Of a DNA stretch of 64,000 bases, positions 19,626 to 30,248 are shown one piece after another. Both the position numbers and the translations under genes were made by a program. The notes under the pieces were generated by a model. That model worked only from the letters and a program-made list of their open reading frames with translations, did no database searches and was not told the origin of the DNA. The stretch is from Candidatus Latescibacterota bacterium. GTDB taxonomy: Bacteria > Latescibacterota > UBA2968 > GCA-2709665. Positions within the stretch are counted from its first letter, which is position 1; the number at the start of each line of letters is the position of its first letter. Location: NCBI GenBank assembly GCA_965237675.1, contig OZ250150.1:2272001-2336000 (forward strand), written 5' to 3'.

Positions 19626-19836
19626 TAGTGTTCCGTCCCGGAAATAGATTGCCGAAATTCTGCCGCCGAGTCGCCCGGCTGGGATCCTTCGACAGGCTCA
19701 GGAACCAGCGCCTGAGCGAGGCGACCTGGGCAAGGTCGGCGAGGGAAGGCACTTCGACAAACTCAGCGCAAGCAACGCAGCGAGACCGGATGAATCGGCT
19801 GATGAATGGTAACATATTTCTGGGACGGGACAGTAG
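19626..19836. mobile_element. MITE family M1 carrying two inserted REP-like units
   Basis: Terminal inverted repeats (TIRs) tagtgttccgtcccggaaat / atttctgggacgggacagtag; colinear with the reverse complement of 60886-61052. Confidence 0.82.
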
Positions 19837-19880
19837 ACCCGTTGCGGTGTGGGATGTACGGCCGTGGGGAGGGTAAGCCC

Positions 19881-20046
19881 TAACAGCCCGTTGAAAAAGT
19901 CCATCCGGGCTGCGTCCGGCCCTTGTGGCCGAATTACTGCGTTGCACTCCCTCCCCGAATCCCCCGATTCGACGCGGTCGTGCGCCTTGTCTTCGGCCAC
20001 AATGACTCGGCCTCGCCTGCAGAGCGACTTTATCAACGGACTGCTA
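19881..20046. mobile_element. MITE family M2 (166 bp)
   Basis: TIRs taacagcccgttgaaaaagtc / gactttatcaacggactgcta (18 of 21 match); palindromic interior. Confidence 0.7.
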
Positions 20047-20063
20047 AAGGAGTGGAGTCCGGG

Positions 20064-21242
20064 ATGCAACCGTTCTTTTCTTTCTCACGATTCAATCGGC
20101 TTCTGGAATCGGCCGACATGGAGGCGATGCTGTTCTGCCGCCCGGCCTCCTTCCTCTATTTTACGACATTGCCCTGGTATGAAAGGGTCCACTTCTCCGA
20201 GATGCCGGGACAATATGTCGTGCCGTTAGCCGGTTATGTTCGCGGCCGTCCGGATCAGGCTTTTGCCACGGCGTCGGCCCAGATGGATTTCCCGGATTTC
20301 AAGGCGCAGAATATCTGGATTCCGGATGTTCGTCCCACAATGGGCGTGGCGTCGTACGAGCGGCAGGCCGAGCATATCATCCGGATTCTCCGCGAAAAGG
20401 GCGTTCAGTCGGGCCAGGTGGGCATCGAACGTGGCACGCTTTCCCACGACCTGGTCGCGGGGCTTGATGCTCTCGCTCCCGATATCCGCTGGACGGAGAG
20501 CCGGGAAATACTCTTCAAGCTTCAGGAGTTCAAGTCCAACGAAGAATTGGACAGGCTCAGGGCGGCCTGCCGGATCACGGAAAAGGGGATGATGTGCGTA
20601 TTCGACCGTCTCGCTGCCGATGTGACCCCCGAGGACCTGATGGACGTCTATGTAAATTCCACCGCGGGACTCTATGCGGAGCGTTTCGGACATTTTTTTT
20701 CGGTCCACTTCAAGGACTTCCACTTTACCGGTCGTGGGTTGAAGGGTCCGCTGCTGAAGCCGGAGACACTTATACATATCGACGTGTCTACGATCTACAA
20801 GGGGCTGATTTCGGATATCGGGAGGAATTTTTATTTCGGCGCTTCGGTGCCACCCGAAGTGGAAAGGTGCGGTCTGGCCTGTACGAGGACGACGCAAGTT
20901 GTTTTCGACCACTTGAAACCCGGAATCTCCTGCGCCGAGGTGGACAGCTTGTCGAAAGAGGTCCTTTTTGATTCGCTGGGCGATTCGGCGGGTCTCAGCG
21001 TGGGTTTTCATTCCCACGGAATCGGCTGGATTCTGTACAGCTACCCCTTCATTTCTCCCGAACCGGAAGGGGAAATCCTCCCCGGCCATGCGTTCACGCT
21101 GGAGTACAAGGTGAAATATCCGGGCATTGGACACTTCAAGTGCGAAGATACATTTGCGATGCACGAAAAGGGTCCGGAATGCCTCTGCGGGCTCGAGCGC
21201 AAGCTCTTCGTAAAGGCGGGCGACTCCCCGAAGGGCGGGTGA
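20064..21242 (+). CDS. M24 Xaa-Pro peptidase family protein
   Basis: KSNEEL, IDVSTIYKGLISDIGR, HGIG, TLE, EDTF metal-ligand pattern. Confidence 0.85.
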   Translation: MQPFFSFSRFNRLLESADMEAMLFCRPASFLYFTTLPWYERVHFSEMPGQYVVPLAGYVRGRPDQAFATASAQMDFPDFKAQNIWIPDVRPTMGVASYERQAEHIIRILREKGVQSGQVGIERGTLSHDLVAGLDALAPDIRWTESREILFKLQEFKSNEELDRLRAACRITEKGMMCVFDRLAADVTPEDLMDVYVNSTAGLYAERFGHFFSVHFKDFHFTGRGLKGPLLKPETLIHIDVSTIYKGLISDIGRNFYFGASVPPEVERCGLACTRTTQVVFDHLKPGISCAEVDSLSKEVLFDSLGDSAGLSVGFHSHGIGWILYSYPFISPEPEGEILPGHAFTLEYKVKYPGIGHFKCEDTFAMHEKGPECLCGLERKLFVKAGDSPKGG

Positions 21243-21276
21243 TGGACGATTGTCAGCCGGTTCGTGTTTTTTGCAA

Positions 21277-21350
21277 ACCTTCGCCGACCCTTCGACAGCC
21301 CTTCGACAAGCTCAGGGCAAGGCTAAGGGAGCGGTTCAGGGTGTAGGCTC
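21277..21350. repeat. CTTCGACAAGCTCAG-type repeat cluster
   Basis: accttcgccgacccttcgacagcccttcgacaagctcaggg. Confidence 0.8.
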
Positions 21351-21371
21351 AATCCAACGGGAGTTTCAGGG

Positions 21372-22799
21372 ATGGGTCAACAAATCTTACGCGCCGGCGC
21401 CGCGACGCGGGTCATCACCCCGCCGGTGGGCGTGTCGATGTCAGGGTGGAACCCCAGGGCTTCCGGGGATATCAAGTCGCGTTACGTGCACGACGATCTG
21501 TATGCCAGGGCGCTGGTGCTGTCCAACGGTGAAAGAGCGTGGGCCCTGGTTGCCGTCGATCTGTCGGGGGTGGACGCGGTCGCGACCGAGCAGATTCGCC
21601 ACGGTGCCGCGGAGGTGACGGGGCTGAGTCCCGAGACTGTCATGGTCTGTGCGACGCACACGCATTCGGGGCCCGCGTTCTGCCCGGTGGCCACCACGTA
21701 CAGCCCGGAGGATATGGCCCGCCTCACTGTAAGGGGAGATGGCTCGGCGCCTGCATCCATGGGCGAGGTCACGGCAGTCTCGTCCTCCGCGAGTTGGGTG
21801 GGCGAAACGGACCTGGATTGGAAGGCGTGGTTTGTCGCGCAGGCGGTCGCGGCCCTGGAGGAGGCCTATGGGGCGTTGCGGCCTGCCGCGGTGGGGTTCG
21901 GAGAGGCCCCGGTCGAGGGCGTGGCCAGTTCGAGACGCGTGCTGATGTCGGACGGGAGTTGGGGAGATCCGAGACGGGAGCCCGTTGACGGCGCCCGGGT
22001 GGTTTCGCGCACGCGGATCGATCCGCTCGCGCGGGTGTTCACCGTGAGGGAGAGAGGCACGGAGGCGCCGCTGGCGGCGCTGATCAACTACGGTACCCAT
22101 CCGTGGATTTTCTGTGGATCGGGGATTTCTGCGGAAATCGCTGGCGCGGCGGCCGAGCGCGTGGCGGAAGCGTGGGCGCGCGATGGCGGCGAACCGCCGG
22201 TCGTACTCTATACCGCCGGGCCGGAGGGTGACGTCACCGCGATCTGGAATATCGATATCGATGACGTCTGGAAGACCCGACCGGGCGAGGATCCCGAGGA
22301 CAGCCTTGCAAGACGGGAGCGGGGATTCGAACGGGAGCTGGCGCGTCTGGGCGGGCGGCTGGCGCACGGGGCAATAGCGGCAATTGATGGCGTAGCGCAC
22401 TGGGATGCCGCGCCGGACGTGTGGGCCCGCCGCCAGGAGGTCGCCCTGCCTTTGAAGGTGGGGTATCGCCACGTGGAAGACGTCCTCCTGGCCGATTGGC
22501 AGAAGGCGGCGCCGGAATCCTGCCACCTCACGGAAGTACAGGCGCTGGGGGTGGGTGAAGGGGTCTTGCTGGGGCTGCCGGGTGAGCCGTTCGTATCTCT
22601 TGGCATGGCGATCCGGGAGCGGTCCGGATCCCGCCAACTGCTGATTACCGCGCTTGCGAACGAGTTCGGCGCCATCAGCTACATCGCCGACCGGGAAGCC
22701 TGTGAACTGGGAGGCTACGAGACCGCGTTCACGCCCGTGGGTCCGGGAGGGGGCGAGGCGCTGGTGGACGGCGCGGTCGGGCTGTTGGGCAAGACGTAA
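21372..22799 (+). CDS. Neutral/alkaline ceramidase-like amidohydrolase
   Basis: ITPPVG, HDDLYARALVL, CATHTHSGP, NYGTHP, LPGEPF, GGYE. Confidence 0.82.
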   Translation: MGQQILRAGAATRVITPPVGVSMSGWNPRASGDIKSRYVHDDLYARALVLSNGERAWALVAVDLSGVDAVATEQIRHGAAEVTGLSPETVMVCATHTHSGPAFCPVATTYSPEDMARLTVRGDGSAPASMGEVTAVSSSASWVGETDLDWKAWFVAQAVAALEEAYGALRPAAVGFGEAPVEGVASSRRVLMSDGSWGDPRREPVDGARVVSRTRIDPLARVFTVRERGTEAPLAALINYGTHPWIFCGSGISAEIAGAAAERVAEAWARDGGEPPVVLYTAGPEGDVTAIWNIDIDDVWKTRPGEDPEDSLARRERGFERELARLGGRLAHGAIAAIDGVAHWDAAPDVWARRQEVALPLKVGYRHVEDVLLADWQKAAPESCHLTEVQALGVGEGVLLGLPGEPFVSLGMAIRERSGSRQLLITALANEFGAISYIADREACELGGYETAFTPVGPGGGEALVDGAVGLLGKT

Positions 22800-22867
22800 G
22801 ATTAATGGCTTGTGAAGAAGGGCTGACTTCGAGAGTCTTGTACACTCTATAGCGAGGAGTAAACACC

Positions 22868-23104
22868 ATGACAGGGATTGAACCCGCACACCGGTTGACG
22901 GACCTGTGGACCTATCCTCGGAAAGAGAAGGAAGCCGGTGTCAAGCTTGCCGGCACCGGCGCCTGGTCGAGCCGTCTGGACGGGATCGTCGGCTACAGAA
23001 GCGTCGATTTGCCTCCGGACCGTGCACCTGTCGAAGGTCATGATTTCGAGCAGTGTGTCGAACTAGCCGTTCCACAGGTCGTCTCGATTCTGACGGGAGT
23101 TTAG
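22868..23104 (+). pseudogene. Short ORF with strong RBS, possibly a deleted gene or transposase remnant
   Basis: GAGGAG before ATG; LTDLWTY...SRLDGIVGY is only weakly reminiscent of ISL3 transposase C-termini. Confidence 0.25.
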
Positions 23105-23129
23105 TGAACATGGTCCCGTCGGCAGCCCC

Positions 23130-23325
23130 GGGCTTGTCGAGACGTTCGTTGAGCCAGTCGAAGCGTGGTCATTGCGTGCGTTGAGCTTGTCGAAACGCGC
23201 TTGTCGAAATGCCCGCATATATACAACAAGCAGATATTATAGGGAGCGCTAATGTTTTGTTACCCTTCGACAGGCTCAGGGATCTCCTTCGCCGACCCTT
23301 CGACAAGCTCAGAGTGCGGGCTCAG
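23130..23325. repeat. CTTCGACA(A/G)GCTCAG repeats in both orientations
   Basis: ttgagcttgtcgaa-like copies followed by cccttcgacaggctcaggg and cccttcgacaagctcag. Confidence 0.8.
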
Positions 23326-23377
23326 CGTCGGTCTGCCGGAGGGACGGTTCGCAAAAAAAACCTTTTTGAAATAGTCC

Positions 23378-23407
23378 TTGACAAACCGCAAAATCGTAAC
23401 GTAGATT
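23378..23407 (+). promoter_or_regulatory. Candidate promoter of the TonB receptor operon
   Basis: TTGACA-18 nt-TAGATT in an AT-rich stretch. Confidence 0.45.
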
Positions 23408-23575
23408 AGATGCTGTTTTAAATAGTAGAAATTCCTCAGGACGGCGTTGCATGTTGAATCAGGATACATTGTTTCGCGATGGGTGCGGTATAGTAACTCT
23501 CGAGTTTCCAGGCGGAATTTCGCTCGATTCTCGCTCTGGACCTTAAGTAATACAAGTGGATGGAGGATACCGGTA

Positions 23576-26500
23576 ATGGACAGGCTGAAGACTAACCTGG
23601 TTGTCACGTTAGCGCTCCTTACGGTTCTTGCGTTATCCGGCGCGGCGTTGGCCGGCTCGACGGGGAAGATCGTCGGAAACGTGACCGATGAGAATGGGGA
23701 GCCGCTGCCCGGCGCCAGCGTGGTCCTCCAAGGGACACGGCTGGGGGCTTCGACGGATGCCGAGGGGTTCTACGTCATCATCTCCGTCGATCCGGCGGTT
23801 TACCAGATGACGGCCTCCATGGTTGGCTACCATTCGGTGACCCAGGAGCAGATTCAGGTAAGGTCGGATTTTACCACGACGCTGGATTTCCGCCTTCGTG
23901 AACAGGAGTTGGAGTTGGAGGAGATGGTTGTCGTCGCTGAAGCGCCTCCGGTGGAGCCGGACAAGACGGAGAGCCGGTACGTGCTGACCGCCCAGGATAT
24001 CGCGCGGACGCCGATTCTCAGAGACGCTTCCGAGTTCGTCGCGCTGGAAGCGGGTGTGGCGGTGGACGGCAGCGGCGTGATTCGCGGCGGTCAGGTGGAA
24101 GACAACCTGATCTACGTGGACGGCGTGCGGCTGCAGAACCAGGACGGGCGCGGGGGACCCACTTCACGGGGCAGCCAGTGGTGGGGCGCCAACGTAAAGG
24201 CGCTGCAGGAGGTCTCCGTGATCACGGGGGGGATGAACGCCGAGTACGGAAACGCGCAGGCGGGGGTCGTGCAGATGGTGACGCGGGATGGAGGGTCGAC
24301 GTACCTCGGCGAGGCGGAGTATCGGCTGACACCCGGCGGCAAGAAACACTGGGGCGCTAACATATACGACGCGCCGGAACACCGTGGGCACATGCGGTGG
24401 AACGATCCCGCGTGGACATCCGAGGTGGATCCGGAGACCGGCGCGCTTGTGCACCAGAGGACCAACTATACGGATCATCGGGGTCACTACTTTGACGCCT
24501 ATCTCGGCGGCCCGCTTCTCCCGGAAACGTCCTTTTTCATCAGTTCGCGGCACCGCCGGGATGCGGCGGCATTTCCGGGGGCGTGGACCGTGCGTCCGTT
24601 CAATACCCGGAACACGGCGAAGTTGACCATCCGGGCGCACGACAGTGTCAAGATGCAGATCGGCTGGATTTACGACCGGTGGAAGGTTTTCAACAACGGC
24701 GGGCTGGGCGGGACAACCCGGTCCGTCAGCAACGTCCTCAGGGGCCCGGGCCGCGACATTTTTCTACCTGAAGGGTCACCCGCGGGGGAAATGACCAATA
24801 CCGAAAGCGTTGTCTACGGCGTCGTAACGCACACGGTCAGTCCACGGACCTTCTACGAACTGAGGCTCTCGCAGTATCAGAGCACACAGGATACCAGCGG
24901 CGTTTCGAACACGACGGCGGACATCGGAAGCGATTCGGACGGCTGGTTCTACACCGACCGGGGGGACGTTCGCGCGTATACCCTGGGTCAACAGACCAGG
25001 AGCGGTCTGAGGTTCGACCTGTCAAGCCAACTCACGAAAACGCACTTCTACAAGATCGGGATCGACTTCACGGGCTATAGCAACCATTTTATCCGTGAAG
25101 GCAACACGCCCGGCGACGCGCGGAAACAGATCCTGTATATCGGCGACCCGGAACCCGGAACGCCGACAGAGCCCAGGCAGTTCGCAGCCTACATCCAGGA
25201 CAAGATGGAGTTCGAGGGCTTCATTGTCAACGCCGGCATCCGCTACGACCGCTTCTGGGGCGCCAATGTTCCCGTGATGGGGGCACTCCGGGCCTTCCAA
25301 TATACCACCATGTCGCGATATCTTACGGCGCCCAGGTACCCCATGAAGCCCATCGTGAACTGGAGTCCGCGGTTGGGTATCTCGCACCCGATCACATACA
25401 GGTCGAGCCTCCATTTTTTCTACGGCCATTTCTACCAGTTGCCGAGTTTTTATCAGATGTTCCACGACCAGTGGTTCGGCTCCGGAGACGGGATACCGGG
25501 CATCGGCTTCAGCGAATACACCAGCCACTACCGGCCCGCAACCACGTCCATCGCGCGGCCGATGTGGGACAATACGGCGCGGACGATCAGCTTCGAACTG
25601 GGCGCCGACTGGAACTTCATTTCCGACTATACACTCGCGCTGGCGACGTTCTATAAGAGCGCTTCGTTCCAGGAAACCGGGGGTTGGGACGTGTTCCTGT
25701 ACCCGGAGTTGCGTGGGGCGGGCGTCCGCCTCCGCCAGCGGCTCACCAGCAGCCTGTCCAATATCCGCCTTGAAGACACGCGGGGCCTGGAATTCAGCTT
25801 GAGGAAGGGTTTCAGCCACTACTTCTCGTTCCGCGCGGCCCTCAACCTGGCCTGGAGCGACTACAGCCTCGGAGGGGGCGGCACCGTCAGCAACGGCGCC
25901 ACCGTGATACCGGACTCGAATTACATTGCCAGCGGCAATTATTTCTTCGCGTGGGAGGCCGCGGGTGGCTCGGAGCGTCCCGTAACCCTTACCGATGAAC
26001 AGATCCGGATCATCGGTCACGGCGCCAACGAGGCCATAAGAACCGCCCAGGCGGACCGGCGCGTCGCCGGAGGATATGTCTACGACTTCTCAACGAACCG
26101 GGACGCCATTGTGCCAACCTGGGAGGAGAACTGGCTTTCGGATGCGGCCCGGGAGGGGGCTCGCGGTCTGTGGATCGTGCACGGGCACAGGGCGAATCCG
26201 GGCACGGAGGTGGGACGCAGGAGCCAGGGCAGCCTCCAGATGTTCCTGTCCACGCCGCAGGATTTCGGCATGGGGCCGAAGGTTGCCGGAAGCACGCTTC
26301 TGGGGGGCATCAACGCCAACCTGATCTACCGGATCTATACCGGATCGCAGTTTACGTATCTGGTCCTCGACGGCACGCGCCAGGTCGCGCGGGGTCCATT
26401 GCGCACCGTTATGGATCTGAACCTTCAGAAACGCTTCGAATTAGGCAGAGCCAGCGCCGATGTATTCCTGGAGGTCTTCAATCTGTTCAACCAGAAGGAC

Positions 26501-26653
26501 GCTTTTGCCTCGGGAACCGACTATATGTGGTGGGGGTTGCAGGCGCCCAGACCGAACGACGCAAACTATCTCAATTACGGCGATTTCCAGGATCGCAGCC
26601 GGTATATAGGCGAACCCCGCACAACGCACGTGGGTATTCGAATGCGGTTCTAA
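23576..26653 (+). CDS. TonB-dependent receptor with carboxypeptidase-regulatory-like N-domain
   Basis: Signal peptide, GKIVGNVTDENGEPLPGASV, plug IRGG...YVDG, AEYGNAQAGVV, YIQDKMEF, SPRLG, C-terminal F; GGAGG RBS. Confidence 0.93.
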   Translation: MDRLKTNLVVTLALLTVLALSGAALAGSTGKIVGNVTDENGEPLPGASVVLQGTRLGASTDAEGFYVIISVDPAVYQMTASMVGYHSVTQEQIQVRSDFTTTLDFRLREQELELEEMVVVAEAPPVEPDKTESRYVLTAQDIARTPILRDASEFVALEAGVAVDGSGVIRGGQVEDNLIYVDGVRLQNQDGRGGPTSRGSQWWGANVKALQEVSVITGGMNAEYGNAQAGVVQMVTRDGGSTYLGEAEYRLTPGGKKHWGANIYDAPEHRGHMRWNDPAWTSEVDPETGALVHQRTNYTDHRGHYFDAYLGGPLLPETSFFISSRHRRDAAAFPGAWTVRPFNTRNTAKLTIRAHDSVKMQIGWIYDRWKVFNNGGLGGTTRSVSNVLRGPGRDIFLPEGSPAGEMTNTESVVYGVVTHTVSPRTFYELRLSQYQSTQDTSGVSNTTADIGSDSDGWFYTDRGDVRAYTLGQQTRSGLRFDLSSQLTKTHFYKIGIDFTGYSNHFIREGNTPGDARKQILYIGDPEPGTPTEPRQFAAYIQDKMEFEGFIVNAGIRYDRFWGANVPVMGALRAFQYTTMSRYLTAPRYPMKPIVNWSPRLGISHPITYRSSLHFFYGHFYQLPSFYQMFHDQWFGSGDGIPGIGFSEYTSHYRPATTSIARPMWDNTARTISFELGADWNFISDYTLALATFYKSASFQETGGWDVFLYPELRGAGVRLRQRLTSSLSNIRLEDTRGLEFSLRKGFSHYFSFRAALNLAWSDYSLGGGGTVSNGATVIPDSNYIASGNYFFAWEAAGGSERPVTLTDEQIRIIGHGANEAIRTAQADRRVAGGYVYDFSTNRDAIVPTWEENWLSDAAREGARGLWIVHGHRANPGTEVGRRSQGSLQMFLSTPQDFGMGPKVAGSTLLGGINANLIYRIYTGSQFTYLVLDGTRQVARGPLRTVMDLNLQKRFELGRASADVFLEVFNLFNQKDAFASGTDYMWWGLQAPRPNDANYLNYGDFQDRSRYIGEPRTTHVGIRMRF

Positions 26654-26758
26654 CGACAACGGCCGTAAAGACAATGCCCTTGAAGAGTTCCATATTCAAA
26701 CAGCCCGGGCAAACCGGATGCGGGAAAAACCAATGCTGACACGAAGGAGACCTGGGAG

Positions 26759-29065
26759 ATGAGCAAGATTCCGAAGATCGAGGCGATGACAGTGCTTCTT
26801 GCGCTGCTTCTGTGCGTGCCGGACCCCGCGGGAGCACAGGAGAACCACAGGTTCCAGACGCGCGCGAAGGTGTGGGACATGTTCTGGAACTATGGGACTC
26901 AGGGCGTTTCCGAAGATCCGGACGCCTGGTTGAGCTATTACCGCCAGATGGGCATGCAATATCCCGGCGTATGGACCCGACAGTACTCCACGGAATTTCA
27001 GGACTACTGGGGAGAGCGGAGCTGGGGTTCGCTTCATCCGGCCTATGCCGCCCTTTTCGAATCGACGGCCACGATGCCCGGTTTCAGCACGTACATAGCA
27101 ACGCGCGCGCCGGACGATCCCGAGGGCGAATACTACGTGTCGGTGTCGAAGCCTCGCGCCATTACGGACGACATCAGGATGATGTCCTACGATGCGTCCA
27201 TGGGGCCGGAGGCGACTATCGGGTACCCGAACTATTCTCCCGTAGGGCCCGCGATGGCCAACTGGTGGCCGGGGCAGCCCCCGGTGGAAAGCAGGTACGT
27301 CACCGAGATTCACAACTACCGGTACGGCCAGTATATGGATGCCGATAAGGATAGGTTCCCCGAGAGCCTTCTCATTATGCGTTATACCACGAAGCGGGGG
27401 ATCACGGTAACCAAAAAGGTCTATACCTGGAGTTATCCCGACTACGACGACTTTCAAATTATGGAATACGAGTTCGAGAACACCGGGGATTCCGACGGGG
27501 ACGGCGCGGCCGACGTGAACGGCGGCGCCGGACTGCAGCTGAACGACACCTTTTTCGCTTTTTCGGTGCGCTTTTTCATCTCCCAGGCAGGGCACGGGTG
27601 GATGAACTACGATGCGTGGTACCGAAACACCAAACCGACCGACAACGACGACTGGTTCAAGTTCACCGAGGCGGCCAATTACGACGGCCCGGCTCTGGGT
27701 ATGGGCATGAAAATGTGGTACGCCTTCGACGGGGACAACCCGCTCATGCCGGGCGACGATCTGGGCAAGCCATACAACCCTTCCACGGCAAACCCCGGCT
27801 ATCGTGGGCGGCCATCACAGGTGCGGGTACCGGGGGAGTTGACGGCATTTCAGTACACCGGATTCGCGCCCATCGCGTACCTGCCGTCAACCTCGAACGA
27901 TCCGGGCACCTTTTCCTACGACACGAATGGCGACAACAGCTACGTCGCCCCCAGAATGGACGATCAGCCCCATACGGTGAGATGGTGGGAATACCGGAAC
28001 CGGGGCGACTTCGACGAGCCGGATCATGGCAATCATTCCTACCAGGAAATCTATGAAATGCTGGCGGGCGCCGAATCCGATATCAAAGATAATCCACCGG
28101 TGGTCGGGGCCTGGCATGGGTCGATCGCTTACGGTCCATACGACCTCGCGCCCGGCGACAAGGCCAAATTCGTCTTCGTTCTGGCTGCGGCCGCGCCCGT
28201 TGAAGAGAATATCTGGGGCTGGGCCAAGCTGGGCAATCAGGATGAGATGCGTACGGACAAGGCTTTCAACAACCTGGTCAAGCACGTCGATAAAGCCAAG
28301 GAAGCCTTTCAGTGGAACTACGACCTTCCCGACGCGCCCCCCGACGTGAAGGTGGACGTGAGCGTGACAACGGAAGGCTTCATTACTCTCGTCTGGGATG
28401 CCACGGCCGACGACGCGGTCAACCCCGACTACTCGGGTGAGGAGGCCAGGGATGTCAGGGGCTACCGGGTATACCGCTCGCTCTTCAAGCGCGACGCCTG
28501 GGAGTTGATGCAGGAAATCCCGTTAAAGGCGGATCCGTTTTACAGCGGCGGCAAGTACGACTTTGTCGATACGAAATCGGTTGCGGGATTCCTGTACGAC
28601 TACAGTGTCCGCACGTACAGCGAGGCGCACAGCGACTGGAACGGCACCGGAATCGCCATACCCTCTCTGGAAAGCGGGAACAGTTCACCCGAGCAGTGGG
28701 TGAACGGCGTCAAGGTTTCGACCCCCTATGTCCCGTCCACGGCGCAGTCCGACCAACTGGACAGGAAAGTGATCGTGACCCCCAATCCATACCGGGATGA
28801 CGGCGCTCACGCCTACGAGAACAAAGGCCAGATTCGGTTTTTGAACATCCCGCGGAAGTGCCAGATCAGGATATACACGGTCGCCGGAGATCTGATCGCA
28901 GAGGTGAATCACGACGACCAGGGGCGGGGCGAGACCACCTGGAGCCAGACAACCATCGACAACGTCGGTTCGGCGTCAGCCGGCGTGTACTTTTACGTGG
29001 TCGAATCGCTGGTGGATGGGACAACCGGAAAAATTCAACGGGGAATATTCGTAATCAGCAAGTGA
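26759..29065 (+). CDS. Secreted protein with Fn3-like and T9SS/FlgD-Ig-like C-terminal domain
   Basis: Signal peptide, GYRVYRS, and VTPNPY...IRFLNIP...IRIYTVAGDLI...AGVYFYVV. Confidence 0.8.
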   Translation: MSKIPKIEAMTVLLALLLCVPDPAGAQENHRFQTRAKVWDMFWNYGTQGVSEDPDAWLSYYRQMGMQYPGVWTRQYSTEFQDYWGERSWGSLHPAYAALFESTATMPGFSTYIATRAPDDPEGEYYVSVSKPRAITDDIRMMSYDASMGPEATIGYPNYSPVGPAMANWWPGQPPVESRYVTEIHNYRYGQYMDADKDRFPESLLIMRYTTKRGITVTKKVYTWSYPDYDDFQIMEYEFENTGDSDGDGAADVNGGAGLQLNDTFFAFSVRFFISQAGHGWMNYDAWYRNTKPTDNDDWFKFTEAANYDGPALGMGMKMWYAFDGDNPLMPGDDLGKPYNPSTANPGYRGRPSQVRVPGELTAFQYTGFAPIAYLPSTSNDPGTFSYDTNGDNSYVAPRMDDQPHTVRWWEYRNRGDFDEPDHGNHSYQEIYEMLAGAESDIKDNPPVVGAWHGSIAYGPYDLAPGDKAKFVFVLAAAAPVEENIWGWAKLGNQDEMRTDKAFNNLVKHVDKAKEAFQWNYDLPDAPPDVKVDVSVTTEGFITLVWDATADDAVNPDYSGEEARDVRGYRVYRSLFKRDAWELMQEIPLKADPFYSGGKYDFVDTKSVAGFLYDYSVRTYSEAHSDWNGTGIAIPSLESGNSSPEQWVNGVKVSTPYVPSTAQSDQLDRKVIVTPNPYRDDGAHAYENKGQIRFLNIPRKCQIRIYTVAGDLIAEVNHDDQGRGETTWSQTTIDNVGSASAGVYFYVVESLVDGTTGKIQRGIFVISK

Positions 29066-29146
29066 AACGGCCGAATCAGCGAGTCAAGGATTCCCGATTC
29101 GCCTTCTCGTCGAACCGCTCAACCGAAACGGAGAAGGAACAAACCT

Positions 29147-30100
29147 ATGAAACGGATCTTGTGGATTGGAATCGTGGCGTGCGCGGCATACGCGATGCTG
29201 TTTCCCGAGGTTGCTTACTGTGACACGCAGAAGCGGCTCGGTCAGGCCGTATTCTCCGTACACAAGGTGGACCATGGGGCGCGTGTCGCGGGCATGGGCG
29301 GGGCGTTTACGGCTATCGCGGACGACATCAGCACCATCTTTGTCAACCCGGCCGGACTCACCAATGTCGAAGAGATGGAATATACCCTTTCGTACACCCG
29401 CTGGTTGGTCGATACCCGATTCTATTCGGGCGCGCTCGCCTACAATACGGCCCGCGGCGTGGTCGGGTTGTCCGTGATGGCGTTTTCGGTTCCGGACGTG
29501 GAGGAGACGACCATCTATCAGCCGATCGGGACCGGCAGAATGCTGGAGATCGGTGATTTCAGCATCGGGGCTTCCTACGCCACGAAGTTGACCGATAAGC
29601 TCTCGTTCGGATTCCAGTTGAGGTGGACCCAGGAAACCATCGACGTCGACAGGTTGACCGGTGTGGACGTCAATTTCGGCACCACGTTCAACACCGGGTT
29701 CAGAAGCCTTCGGCTCGGGATGGCGTTCAAGAACCTCGGCAAAGACATAAAGTCCCGTGAAATCAACTATCAGATGCCGGTCGCCTTCGATTTTGGTTTC
29801 GCGGTGGAAGTCTTCGGCGAAAAAGGCAGCGACGCCTCCTATCTGACGCTTACGGGAGAGAGTCACTACGCGACGGATTACTCCGAGCCGCGGTATCGTA
29901 TCGGCGGCGAACTCTGGCTCCAGAACGTATTCGCATTGCGCGCCGGTGTCAAACCCGGATACGATACGGAGGTGTACAGTCTGGGTCTGGGGTTGAAGGT
30001 CAAGCCCATCGAGGGCAAGGTCGTCCGTGTCGATTTCGCGTACAGCGAGGGAAACGATTTCGATCCACCGCTTCGCTTCAGCCTGAGCGGATCGTTCTGA
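29147..30100 (+). CDS. PorV/PorQ family outer-membrane beta-barrel
   Basis: GARVAGMGGAFTAIADD...VNPAGL, YTRWLVD, ALRAG, C-terminal F. Confidence 0.88.
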   Translation: MKRILWIGIVACAAYAMLFPEVAYCDTQKRLGQAVFSVHKVDHGARVAGMGGAFTAIADDISTIFVNPAGLTNVEEMEYTLSYTRWLVDTRFYSGALAYNTARGVVGLSVMAFSVPDVEETTIYQPIGTGRMLEIGDFSIGASYATKLTDKLSFGFQLRWTQETIDVDRLTGVDVNFGTTFNTGFRSLRLGMAFKNLGKDIKSREINYQMPVAFDFGFAVEVFGEKGSDASYLTLTGESHYATDYSEPRYRIGGELWLQNVFALRAGVKPGYDTEVYSLGLGLKVKPIEGKVVRVDFAYSEGNDFDPPLRFSLSGSF

Positions 30101-30218
30101 CCGCGCAAGTGTATGTGGTTTCTCTTTCGGACAACGACGGTGAAGTAAATGGCGTACACTACGATATAGAGATTTCTCAGGGCCTCGAGGATCGGTTGTT
30201 GGTGCATTTGAGCGACTT

Positions 30219-30248
30219 AAAATACCCCGGTATTGCCGGGGTATTTTT
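30219..30248. terminator. Intrinsic, possibly bidirectional, terminator
   Basis: aaaataccccgg-tattg-ccggggtattttt perfect stem. Confidence 0.8.

Noticed and set aside
22864-22940. tRNA-like T-arm on the minus strand (gcgggttcaatccctgt)
   Set aside because: No D-arm or anticodon arm, and the acceptor pairing is poor.
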